Positions 44,194 to 56,100 of a stretch of 64,000 nt of DNA are shown in pieces. Source of the DNA: Macrostomum hystrix (taxonomy: Eukaryota; Animalia; Platyhelminthes); the NCBI GenBank assembly GCA_950097015.1, contig CATNEN010000029.1:8122001-8186000 (forward strand). Reading direction: 5' to 3'. The position numbers and the translations under genes were made by a program. The notes under the pieces are model-generated. The model was not told the DNA's origin and did no database searches. It saw only the letters and a program-made list of their open reading frames with translations. Every line of letters starts with the position of its first letter. Position 1 is the first letter of the stretch.

Positions 44194-47100
44194 ATGGACG
44201 AAGATAAGTAAGTGTAAACACACGTGGTGCTGGGTAAGAGATGAAAGCTGAATGAGGGGCCGCTGTCTGGTACCCCAATTCCCCCACTAGAGGCCTCCTT
44301 CAAATTTCGCTTCCCCAACTTCACCCGATCCTTCCACTTGTCTTGCCACTTCTCTCAATGAATTCGGCCTCCCAGCCATGCGGCCGAATCTGCTGATGCT
44401 GCTAGTGGGATGCCATTTACCTACATCGGGTCCGCGGCCTTGCCGAAACCTTGCGGAAACCGCCCTCCCTTGGCTCGCGCCGCCTCCTTTGACATTTCAT
44501 TTTCGTAGCCTCAGATCAAACGCTGGCAAGTGGCGAGATGGAGCGGATAGCGGAGGCCGCGAACTGATTTCATGCTGTGGGAATGTGCGGCAGGAGCTGC
44601 CAGCAGCAGTGAAACGACAGGAGCACGCCAAAGCTAAGCAGCGAAGCAATACGGCGGGCGGACGCCAGTATAATAGGCAGACGAATTTGAAAGCGCTTCA
44701 AGACAGAGGTCCAGGCACACTTTGTCACCGCTGATCCTGCACCTAATTCGCTTCTTGCTACAGGTATACTGGGAAACGGCCAAAAAACCCATCAGTACCG
44801 CATCAGGAGCGAGAGGCTGCACGAATGCTGATGGTCTCTAGGGGGGCGGGGCAGGAAGGTAGGACTGGAGTGGGGACCCAATATTTGGTGACGGTTGCCC
44901 TTCAGCGACCCTGCAGCACAGCAGCAGCGCCAGCAAGTAGTATTAGCAGCAGTCTGGTTCATGGCTTCGATGGCTTCGGGGGGCCAAGCCGAGCATGTTT
45001 GCAGTTCGGTCGAGTGCAAGTACGTACCCTCGATCGCCCCCAATCCGACCTGCGACCCGCGCCCTGCCACGCAACCCACCTAGTTTTCCTAACAAATTTT
45101 CCTGCACCCGATTGCAATATCGGCCCCAGCCGCACCGCCCCAGCCGCAGTAATATCCGGCGGACAACGGCTCCCAGCCCCCCGGCGGAATCCCCCACCCT
45201 CCCCTAGGCCGATAAAAGCCAAATGAAGCCACCCAGCCTGCGTCCCGCCGATGGCAACTCGTAGATTGGCTGCCGTGCCCGGACCTGACCTCAGCTGAGC
45301 CGACCCGCCTCGCTGTTCCTTCGCCCCGCTTTCTGCTTGTTGCGCCTCTTGGCCCAAATTTTTCTCGCTTTCAGCATTTCTCAAATTTTCGAATCCCGCA
45401 AATCTACTGAATTGACACGCCGCTTGCCCGTCGCGCGCCTCACTTAGCTATTCCGACGAGGAAGCGGACGAGCTGCCCGACCTGAGGATGTCGGAGAGAG
45501 ACAACTCGCGCCGGACCTCGGCCCAGCAGGGACCAAACATCACAGTTGACAAGGCCGACGATGACGGGGTGAGCAATGCCAAACCTGAAACTTAATTAGT
45601 TATTTTTATATTTTCAACTTTACGAATTAAATTTGCATCGCTTCATATCACTGAAACATTGTTGAAATCGATGAAACATTAAAGGACGAATCAATGAGTC
45701 CGGGACGTCGAGCGTCCGGTGCTGGCCTTCGTGACAAGATGGCCAACGAGATCCAGGAGATGCAGAACATGCTGGACGCCAGGCGGATGTCCCAGATGAA
45801 CAGGCGCCAGTCCCTGGTGGATCTCATACCGGGCTTTCCGCAACTCAAGGCCACAGAGAAGAAGAAAGTGGTGAGTAGTATAGGTCTGCTGCGGCTGTCA
45901 GAATAGCGAGGAGGCAATCCGGTACACAAACTCAACCGATTTCAGGAAAAAGACGAATTCAAGGAGGAGCTGACGGAGGTTCAGGTGAAAGAGGGCTCTC
46001 CGATCGGAAAGTTTCGCTGCGTTTTCTCCAAGCCTTCAACTCGGTACCGTTGGCTAAAGAACAAACTGGAGATATTTCAGGGGCCAAAGTACAATTTCAT
46101 CAAGTGGGTTCATCTTCGCTTTATCAACATTATTTATCAGAACAAATCGTGAAATTTTACGGTTGGTTATTTTAAACACTCTCCCTTAAACTTGCCCATA
46201 GCAACGGCTGCGAGTACATCCTGGAAATCAAGAAGGTTAAAATGGAGGACGCCGGCCTCTACACGTGCAAAATCAACGATGAGGTCTCTACAACGGCAGC
46301 CCTGGACGTTGTAGAACAACAGAAGAAGTACACATTCAACCAGAAGCTGCCAGAGACGGTGCACGTTGTGCGAGGCAAAGATCTAAATCTAGAGTGCTCC
46401 GTCAATGACCCGAGGGCGCACGTGAACTGGTACCGGAGCGGTGACAAGTTGGAGGTAAGAATTGTTTCATTAAGGGTTAGAGAGGCTTGGGAAGAATGAT
46501 GAACGGTGAAGAATGGTTAAGAGAGGCTCTGGGAACTGGCCAGTCTGGCCAACACAGAACGGGAGGAGATGAGGGGGATCGATGCAGCTTCTGCTTGCCT
46601 GCGACCTCCATACCTTTCTTTCGCTCCTCCTCCGATTCTCTTGCGAATATTTTTTCATCCGAGCCCGCCGCCTCGCCCTTACCCGCCGCCTCGAGCATCA
46701 GCAACCGCCGGACACACCCCCGCCAAGCTGCATCCAGCAGCCTCCGATCAACCTTTTCCAGTTGCGAGAGGACCAAACAACTGACTGGCTGAAACTGAAA
46801 GAAAGAGCTTGCGGAGGCTGGGGTGGAGGCCCGCACTTACTTCTGCGCGCTTTCCGTTGCGCGTCTCTCTCCTTCCCCCACCCACTCTGGAATGCTACAC
46901 AGTCATGCAAATGGGAAAATTGGAGGGAAGGGCCGAGGATCGCAAAGATGTCGACGGGGAACGGATTATGGGGAATCGAATAATTGCTATTCCCCACAAG
47001 ACCAACGCCAAGCGCACATCCTACAGGCCAGCCCCTAGAGCCTGAAAATTTGTGGCGAACTACCGAGGACTCTCGGCATATAGGCTAAACAGAACAGACG

Positions 47101-50100
47101 CCGCGATACAGGATCTGTCCAGGATCTGGATGGAGGGGCGCGCTGGGAGGGAGACACAGACATCCCGGGCTGCATTGCCGGCCAATGTAATTGATGCACT
47201 TTTCCTCTCACTATCACCTCAGGGCATGGCGCAGGAATTCGATGCGCCATAGGGTAGGGATAAGACAAAAACTGAAAGAGAAAGAGTTTTGTGGGTAAAT
47301 AGCTTTTTCCTGCCATCCCATCTGTTACTTTTGCTGGGGCGGGGCCGCCGTTTGGCACAGTCATAGGCTGGCCATTTTGCGGCCCCCGACGTCCTTTCCA
47401 GCCGTCCTCAAGTCCCGCACTTGGGACGGCCAGCGCAGCCTGTAAGGCATTTCAAATCTATGACGACCCGCCGATTCGAGCCTTTCCAGCTTCCGTCTTG
47501 CTCCCTGTCGGCATTAGGAAGGAAGGATTGGCCCAGCTTTCCAGGACCAGACAATGTCAGAACACTGAACTGGTCTGTTGTAGAGCTACCGATATGCCGG
47601 TTTTTTGTTCCTCTGAAACGTCACTTAGAATCCATCTGTGTACCTGAAATTAAAGGCGGACTAGATGGTTTAGTCTTGCCATTATCTGATTCAGGTCCCA
47701 TTCCCGATCTAACCATGCCTGAAGCTGTGCAGGACAAGATTTTGATAATCGTATTTTAGCAAACTGCACTTCGATGATTTTTTGTCTATACAAACTGAAA
47801 CGAAATGAAAGCTGCGGCTCAGCATTATCAGTTGGCCGCCGTCTAATTGAATAGCGTTCTCCGGTCCATTGCAGACTTTGCAGTCTTCGAAGTAATACAA
47901 ACTAGAAGCTAGAATGTAGCTTAATTCAATTTTCGTGGACGACTAGATCGTTTCTATGAAAAAAGAACTTCGTTTAAGGCAGGTTTAGCTCACACAGGCG
48001 TTTGGTATTAAAAAAGTATGTGTTATGCCCAACGTGGACTTTAAAAGAGCTGGCTTAAGACAATGAGGCAAACCATTTAGTTTGTAAAGGTTATGAATAT
48101 TCAAAGTACAAAAAAGTAGAGGTTGCAGACCAGAATACAGTATTGAGTCTGCCAGATTCGCAACTCACGATTCGCAATTCACCACCCGCAGTACACTCCC
48201 AACCGCTACGAGATGAAGCGTCGTGAGAACCGCTGCATCCTGCGCATTGTTCGAGTTCGGGACGAAGACGAAACCGAGTTCGCCTGCCTGGTAGAAGGCG
48301 ACGAGACCTACACTGAGATCATTGTGGACGACCCCAATTGGTTCTTCAACCGAAACCTGCGACCCCAGGAATGCTTCGAAGGTGACAAGGAGGTTGTGTT
48401 CGAGTGCGAAGTAAACGAGAAGGACGCGCTAGTGAAGTGGTTCTTCTGCTCCAATCCGGACGTGGATCCCATGGACGTTTCTAAGCTGCAGGTAAATAAT
48501 AGTAAAACTAAGATTAACAGGTGGGCAGTGAATACTAATGTATCGTTTTGCGACAGTCGACTTGCAGCCAAAGAGAAGGCAATTACTACTCACCTCCCTG
48601 ACTACTGAACTCACACCGGCACTCGGATGTGTACACAGGCATACACACAGGTGTGTACATCGGCCACGAGTTTCTCATCGTCAGGCAGTGTACACTCTCA
48701 CTGTAGCTTTGTGGGGTTAGCCCCTAATTGGCGTGAATTGCACGATAAGCCCAAAGTCTTTTCTCTGTAATGGCACCCCAAATAAATGTGGCCTCGCCAC
48801 AGGATTATGTTAAAGCAAGTTAATGCTTTTGTATTGTTGAATTATGTTAGTGATAACCAAGCTTAGATAATATTTTATCCACATCGAGTCCACACTACAA
48901 GATTGATGGTCAGTTATGAACTCCGAAATAATTTCCAGAAACTGGAAGAGACTGAACAAGAGAAGTACAAAATGGAATCGCTGCAACGAACCAAGCGAAA
49001 GCTGACCGTCTATAACCTGGATATGGACTGGGATGGCGTCATCATCTGTCGAACAGCGAAGAAGACCACAGTTGCCAAGCTGACTGTAAAACGTAAGTAG
49101 AAATGTTAAAATGATGCTTAAAAATTGTGCAATAAACCTAAAATGAGACTAATTTTTACCTCTTTAGCTGACGTGGAATTCAAGAAGAGCCTTTTCAACA
49201 CTAAGGGCATCGAGCTTCGCAAGAAGGAGCTGATGGTTTCAGTAAGAAATCCCAAACAGCACGAGGTGCTTTGGTTCAAGAACGGCGAGCCGGTGCAGAC
49301 TAACGAGCGAGTTGAGATCAAAGAGAACAAAGACGACTGCTACCTGATCTTCAACAGCCTGGAGCTGGACGATGAAGCCGAGTACTCAGTCAAGGTGGGC
49401 AAGCACAGCTGCAAGGGCACTCTGCAGGTTGAGGAGTGCGAAAAGCCGCCAAGCCTGGCCGGCAAGCTGCCGCAGATGATGCGCATCAAGAAGGGGCAGC
49501 CGTTCTCCTGCTCCTTACCCGTCAAGGGCTTCCCCATACCAAACGTTGCTTTGCTGCGCGATGGAGTCCCAGTACCTGAGACGGTGCATCTCAAGGCCAT
49601 CCCGGGACCTGGTCAGGTACAGCTGGTACTCGACGACGCTAGGGGCGCAACCCGAGCCGATCGTGGCAAGTATCAGTTGAAGCTATTCAACAGCGCCGGC
49701 GAAGAGTACGTACCGTTTGAATTCGAGGTGCTGGATCGACCAGGCAAGCCAGGCGAGCCGCTCGACGTTATGGAACTGGCTCACGATGGTTGCACGCTGA
49801 TGTGGGACCCACCGGAGGACGATGGCGGGTCACCGATCACTGGCTACGACGTCGAGCTCATGGATGTCGCCGATGGGCAGTGGAAGGAGTTCAAGTCAGT
49901 GAAGAAAGAGGAGTGCCGAATAACTGGTCTGGTCGAAGGGAACAAGTACAAGTTCCGTGTGCGCGCTGTCAACTCGGAGGGAAAGTCAGACTGGTTGGAG
50001 ACGGTCAAGGACACATTGGCTCGAGATCCCTGGGATCCACCAGACCCACCCGGCCCGTGCAAGCTGCTGGACTGGGACAAGGACTTTGCCGAGCTGCAGT

Positions 50101-53100
50101 GGACTGCTCCGAAGAACGACAATGGTTCACCCGTGCTGAAGTACGTCATTGAGAGTCGCAGCAAGACTGCAAGCACGTGGACGACAGCCAAAGAGGTTGG
50201 ACCGAAGGACCTAAAAACAAAAGTGGAAGGCTTGAAAGAGGGTCAGGAGTACGAGTTCCGTGTGATCGCGGTGAACAAGGCTGGCAGCTCGGAGCCAAGC
50301 GCCCCAGCAGGTCCGGTTGTCGCCAAGCCGCGCTTTCTGAAGCCCCGCATTGATCGGACGGGGATCAGGCCGATAAATGTAAAGGCAGGGGCGCCCATCG
50401 TTTTGGAGCTAAAGTTCGTCGGTGAGCCACCACCTACTCCTGTCTGGGTTGTGGGCGACAAGCCGCTAGCTGATGATCTTGTTGTTGAATCCGACATCGG
50501 CTGGTCTAGGGTCAGCATCAAGGAGGGTCTGCGCAAGCACACTGGACTTTACCGCCTGACAGTCACCAATGAAGTCGGTGAAGACTCCGCCGAAATCGAA
50601 GTCGTCGTGTTGGGAAAGCCTTCCCGACCAGAGGGACCACTCCAGGTGTCAGAGGTGACAAAGAACAGCTGCCAGCTTTCCTGGAAGCCACCCAAAGACG
50701 ATGGCGGTAGTCCTATTCAAAACTATGTGTTGCAAAAGTACGATTTGAAAAAGAAGGAGTGGGAGACAGTATCGGAAATGGTAGCTGGTACTACCTTCAC
50801 AGTTAATAAACTGCAGGAAGGTCACGAGTATCTCTTCCGTGTGTCGGCCGAAACGGCTCAGGGTGTTGGTGAGCCGTTGGAAACTGAGGAGCCCTCGAAG
50901 ATTAAGAATCCGTTTGAGGAGCCGGACGCACCGTCTCCGCCTGAGATTCTGGACCACGACAAAACATTTGTGAAGCTCGCCTACAAGCCACCTCGCAGCG
51001 ATGGCGGTGCGCCAATCTTGGGCTACATCATCGAACGCAAAGAGATAAAGGGCACAAGGTGGACAAAGGTGACTAGAGATCGGGTGGTTGAGCTGGAATT
51101 CACCGACGAAACAGTCAAAGAAGGCAAGGAGTACGAGTACAGAGTGCTGGCCGTTAACAAGGCCGGCACAAGCCAGCCCTCCGGACCCAGCAAGCACGTC
51201 AGGGCCAAACCCGCAAAGGCGCAGCCCAAGCTCAACCTGGACTTCCTGGGACTCGGGCCTGGCAACGAGATTCGCGTCCGGGCTGGAGATCCAATCGACA
51301 TCCAGATCCCGATTGACGGCGCTCCAAAACCCACCATCTCGTGGACCAGAGACTCGGGAGCGCAGATGCAGGCTTCTGCTCTGGTGACAGACACTGAGGA
51401 GCTCACTGGATTTCGGGTGGACAGCGCCAAGAAGACGGACGCAGGCACCTATCATGTGTCGCTGAATAATGAGCACGGTCAAGAGGCGGCAAGCATCCGA
51501 GTTATCGTGCTCGATAAGCCGGATCCGCCAGAAGGACCCCTGGAAGTCAAAGACCTTCTGGCTGACTCTTGTCGTTTGCAATGGAAGCCACCAAAAGACA
51601 CAGGCGGCTGCGAAATACTCGATTACATAGTGGAGATGTGCGAGGAGGGTAGCGGAATCTGGGAGAAAGTGCCGGGCGCAACTGACCAGCCAACTTGCGC
51701 AGTGAAGCAGCTGATCGAGGGCAAGCGCTACAGGTTTAGAGTGAAGGCGGTCAACAGGTTCGGCGTCAGCGAGCCCCTGGAAACTAGCGGCGGAGCCATT
51801 CTAGCAAAGAACCCGTTCGACGCGCCTGACGCACCGGAACACCTGACGATTGAGAAGTACGATAGATTTCAGGTGTCTCTAGCTTGGAAGGCGCCGAAAA
51901 GTGATGGCGGAAATCCTATAGTTGGCTACGTGGTGGAAAAGAAGCAGAAGGGTTCAGAGTGGGAGAAGGCGACGCCATTTGTACCGTCCACCGAGAAGCT
52001 CTCCTTTAATGTGACCGGTCTCAACGAGGGCCGCGAATACGAGTTTCGTGTCTGCGCCGTCAACGCAGCTGGTCTAGGTCAGCCGTCGAAGGCCACTCAG
52101 CCGCTGATAGTGCGCGATCCGGTGTTCCCTGCTGGACCACCTGGCGATATCAACGTGGACAAACAGAAGAAGGACGGTGTACAACTCAGCTGGGCCAAGC
52201 CCAAGAACGAAGGCGGTGGCAAAGTGAAGGACTACGTGATAGAGAAGAAGAACCCAGACGGCGAGTGGGTGCCTGTGAAGACGGTGCCGGCCCATGAGCG
52301 GTCGGCCTTCGTACCGATGATCGAGGGTGAGGAGGCGCAGTTCCGTGTGCGGGCGGAGAACGAGGCCGGACCTGGAGAGCCGAGTAGGCCGACCAAGACG
52401 CTCAAGGCGGAGAATCAGACGGAGGCTCCGCGGCTTGATCTTTCAGGTCTGCGTGATGTAACAATTAAGGCTGGTCAGGACCTGGTGATCCGGATTCCTT
52501 ATACGGGCTTCCCCAAGCCGACAGCTGAATTCGAAAAGGACGGACAAGACTTCGACGCTGCGTCGGAGGGTAAGGTGAGCATCACAGAGTCACCGGATGG
52601 CGATGCTGGCGAGTTGGTGTACACAGTTGCCAAAGCAACCAGTAGCAGCACCGGGGAGTACAAGATAACTCTGCGCAACTCCATGGGCAAGGACACCGGA
52701 ACGCTGCGAGTTACAGTGCTTGACAAACCTGGTCCTTGCACGGGACCTCTGGAAGCCACGGACATTGACGCCAATCAGGTGACGCTGAAGTGGGCTCCTC
52801 CAAAGTCGGACGGTGGCGAGCCAGTGACGAACTACGTGCTGGAGAAGCGCGTTAAAGGCACGGACGAGTGGCAGCCCGTGAATAGCTTCCTAACCTCGCC
52901 AACCGCCACAGTGAAAAATCTCGACGAGGGCACGCCCTACGAATTCCGTGTCATGGCCGAGAATGCCCAGGGACGGGGTGAGCCCCTGCAGACATTGTCT
53001 CCGGTGACACCGAAGTTGCCGTTCGACCCGCCGTCAGGATGCAACCAGCCGGTTGTAGATGAAGTGACGGCGGACAGTGTGGCCCTGAGCTGGCAGCCTC

Positions 53101-56100
53101 CAAGGAACAATGGCGGCTCTCCCGTCACGGGATACATTGTGGAGAAACGGGTCAAGGGTGACAAGGCCTGGACGAAAGCATCGGTGACGCCAGTATCTGG
53201 GACGAACTTCACCGCCAAGAACCTGCCAGAGGGCAAGGAGTTCGAGTTTCGCGTAACTCCGGTTAATAAGGCCGGACCAGGGGAGCCCAGTGAACCAACT
53301 AACGCAACCAAAGTGCAGGCCCCACAAACAGCACCAAAAATTCTGTCCGATTTCGCAACAAAAGATATCTCAGTTGCAGCAGGCGAAGAGTTCAAGCTTC
53401 GCATTCCGTTCGAAGGTTCGCCTCCAGAGACAGTGGAGTGCTTCCATGGTGCCATGGCGGTGCCTGTAGAGCGCTTTGAGATTCGACACGAGACGTCCGA
53501 AGTGGTCATCGTGTGCAAGAAAGCTGTGAAAGCTGATGAAGGTAAGTACACTGTTGCACTGAAGAATCGTGCTGGCAGGGACTCAATCGAGCCGAGAGTC
53601 AGCGTTGTTGACAAGCCAGCGATGCCAGAGGGCCCGCTTGAGGTGTCTAAAATCGGTCCGGACAGCTGCACGCTCACCTGGCGGCCGCCGAAGGACGACG
53701 GTGGAGCTCCAGTAGAAAACTACGTCGTCGAGAAGCAGGACCCGCGAACAGGCGAGTGGATTCCGCTATCAAAGTTTGTCAGGAAGCCAGAGTACGAGGC
53801 ATTCGGCCTAGAAGAAGGCAAGCCAGTAAAGTTCCGAGTTCGCGCGGAGAATTTGCACGGTCTGAGCGAACCGCTGGAGTTGGAGACAGCCGTGACACCC
53901 AAGCTGGCCTACCAGCCGCCTGGCGCGCCCGAGGGTGTTGAAGTGAACGACGTAGACGAGAGCTCCGTTACGCTTTCCTGGAAGAAACCCCGCAACGACG
54001 GTGGCAATAAAGTTCAGGGCTACGTTGTGGAGTACAAAGAGCCCAGCAGCAACAAGTGGAAGAAGGCCAACGACTTCCCGGCTAAGGGCAACAAAATGAC
54101 CGTGCCAGGACTTGACAAAAACACAAAGTACGAATTTCGAGTGCGGGCCAAAAACGACGCCGGCCTCGGTGAGCCAAGCGACGCCACAAAGCCGGTAGAG
54201 ACGAAGTCTAAGATTACTCCGCCAGGAAATCCCGGCACACCTGCGGTTACAAAGACTGGAAAGAACTTTGCTGAGCTTGAGTGGACCAAGCCGCTTAATG
54301 AGGGCGGCGGCCGTTTGACAGGCTTTAAAATTGAGAAGCGCAAGAAAAATGGAGACTGGGAGACTGCCGCAACGGTGCCAGGCTCAGCTAGCGACGCTCT
54401 GATCGAGGGACTCGACCAAGACGAGGAGTACGAGTTTAGAGTAACCGCTCAGAATGCATCCGGCGATGGGGAACCATCGCCGCCCTCTCTGCCAACAAAG
54501 ATCGCCGACCGGAAGGGTGGCGCGTCTCCGGAGTTTCTTAGCCGGCTGCAGTCGGCCACTGGAGCTGTGGGCGGCTCCGCCACCTTCAGCTGTCGTATCG
54601 ATGGAAAGCCGCCGCCAGAGGTGCGCTGGTTTAAAAACGGCATCGAACTGCGACCGTCGGCGCGAGCGCAGATCAACTGCGATGGCGAAGTGGCTTCATT
54701 GACTCTGAATGACCTTTCTGAGAGTGACACAGGTGAGATCACATGCGAGTTGGCGAATAAAGCAGGCCGTGAGTCCACTAGTGCAAGGCTCAACGTTCAG
54801 CGACCGCCGAAGCTGGAGAGGGCTGTGCCTGACCAGGCAGGCGACGTTGGTGAGGGCGTGAAGTTCAAGGTGTTCTTCTCTGGCAACGGGCCGCTTAAAT
54901 TGGGCCTGAAGAAGGGCAGTAAGGATGTTACAGACTCGCCCAATGTTAAACTGCAAGAGTTTGAAGACTACGTTGTAGTTCAGATCAAGGATTTGCAGCG
55001 CGAGGACGCCGGCGAGTACAAGATGGAGCTGGCAAACGAGAGCGGTGTTGCAGCGGCGCCGTTCAACCTCAAGGTTAAAGCGACGCCGGGACCCGCTGGT
55101 GGGCCGTTGCAGGCATCGGACGTCACAAAAAATTCGTGCAAGCTCAGCTGGAAGCCACCGCGTGACGATGGTGGTTCTAAAATTACGCACTATGTTGTCG
55201 AACGCAAGGAGAAGGACAAGGACAACTGGCTGACAGTTGCCTCTTTCTGCAAGGTACGTCACACCAGCTCAGTTTTTCACGAAATTTATTGTCATGAATC
55301 CCTACTTTAATTGGCCAGTCTTTAACTCAATTAACCCAGAGACTTTTCTGGAGTTAAATTTCACGATGAACTAAATAACTCTTATGATTGAAGACTGAGT
55401 CTAAAAGACGCTTTTATTAAGAATTTTACGTTACGATTAGACAGAATACGATATTTTTATTTACGAATTATGTATAACCAGTCATGTCTAGACAGCTTTA
55501 CATTCCGGCGTTAATAGCCGTTCGAATCAGAGAGAACATGATGAACACAAATCCACCTGCGAGGAGAACTGGCACCAGGTAGGCCGCCACATTTGTGGAC
55601 GCAGTCTGATAGTTGCGAATCACAATTTCTACACGCCTCTGTTCGGCTTGTGCTGCGCTTAGTGTTGTCGAAGCGTTTGATGGAGCCAAAGTAGGTGTTG
55701 TGTTTGTTGTTGCTGCGGCAGTAGGTGTTGTGTTTGTTGTTGCTGCGGCAGTAGGTGTTGTGATAGTTGTTGCTGCGACAGTAGGTGTTGTGATAGTTGT
55801 TGCTGCGACAGTAGGTGTTGTGCTTGTTGTTGCTGCGGCAGTAGGTGTTGTGATAGTTGTTGCTACGACAGTAGGTGTTGTGATAGTTGTTGCTGCGACA
55901 GTAGGTGTTGTGCTTGTTGTTGCTGCGGCAGTAGGTGTTGTGATAGTTGTTGCTGCGACAGTAGGTGTTGTGATAGTTGTTGCTGCGACAGTAGGTGTTG
56001 TGATAGTTGTTGCTGCGGCAGTAGGTGTTGTGTTTGTTGTTGCTGCGGCAGTAGGTGTTGTGATAGTTGTTGCTGCGACAGTAGGTGTTGTGATAGTTGT

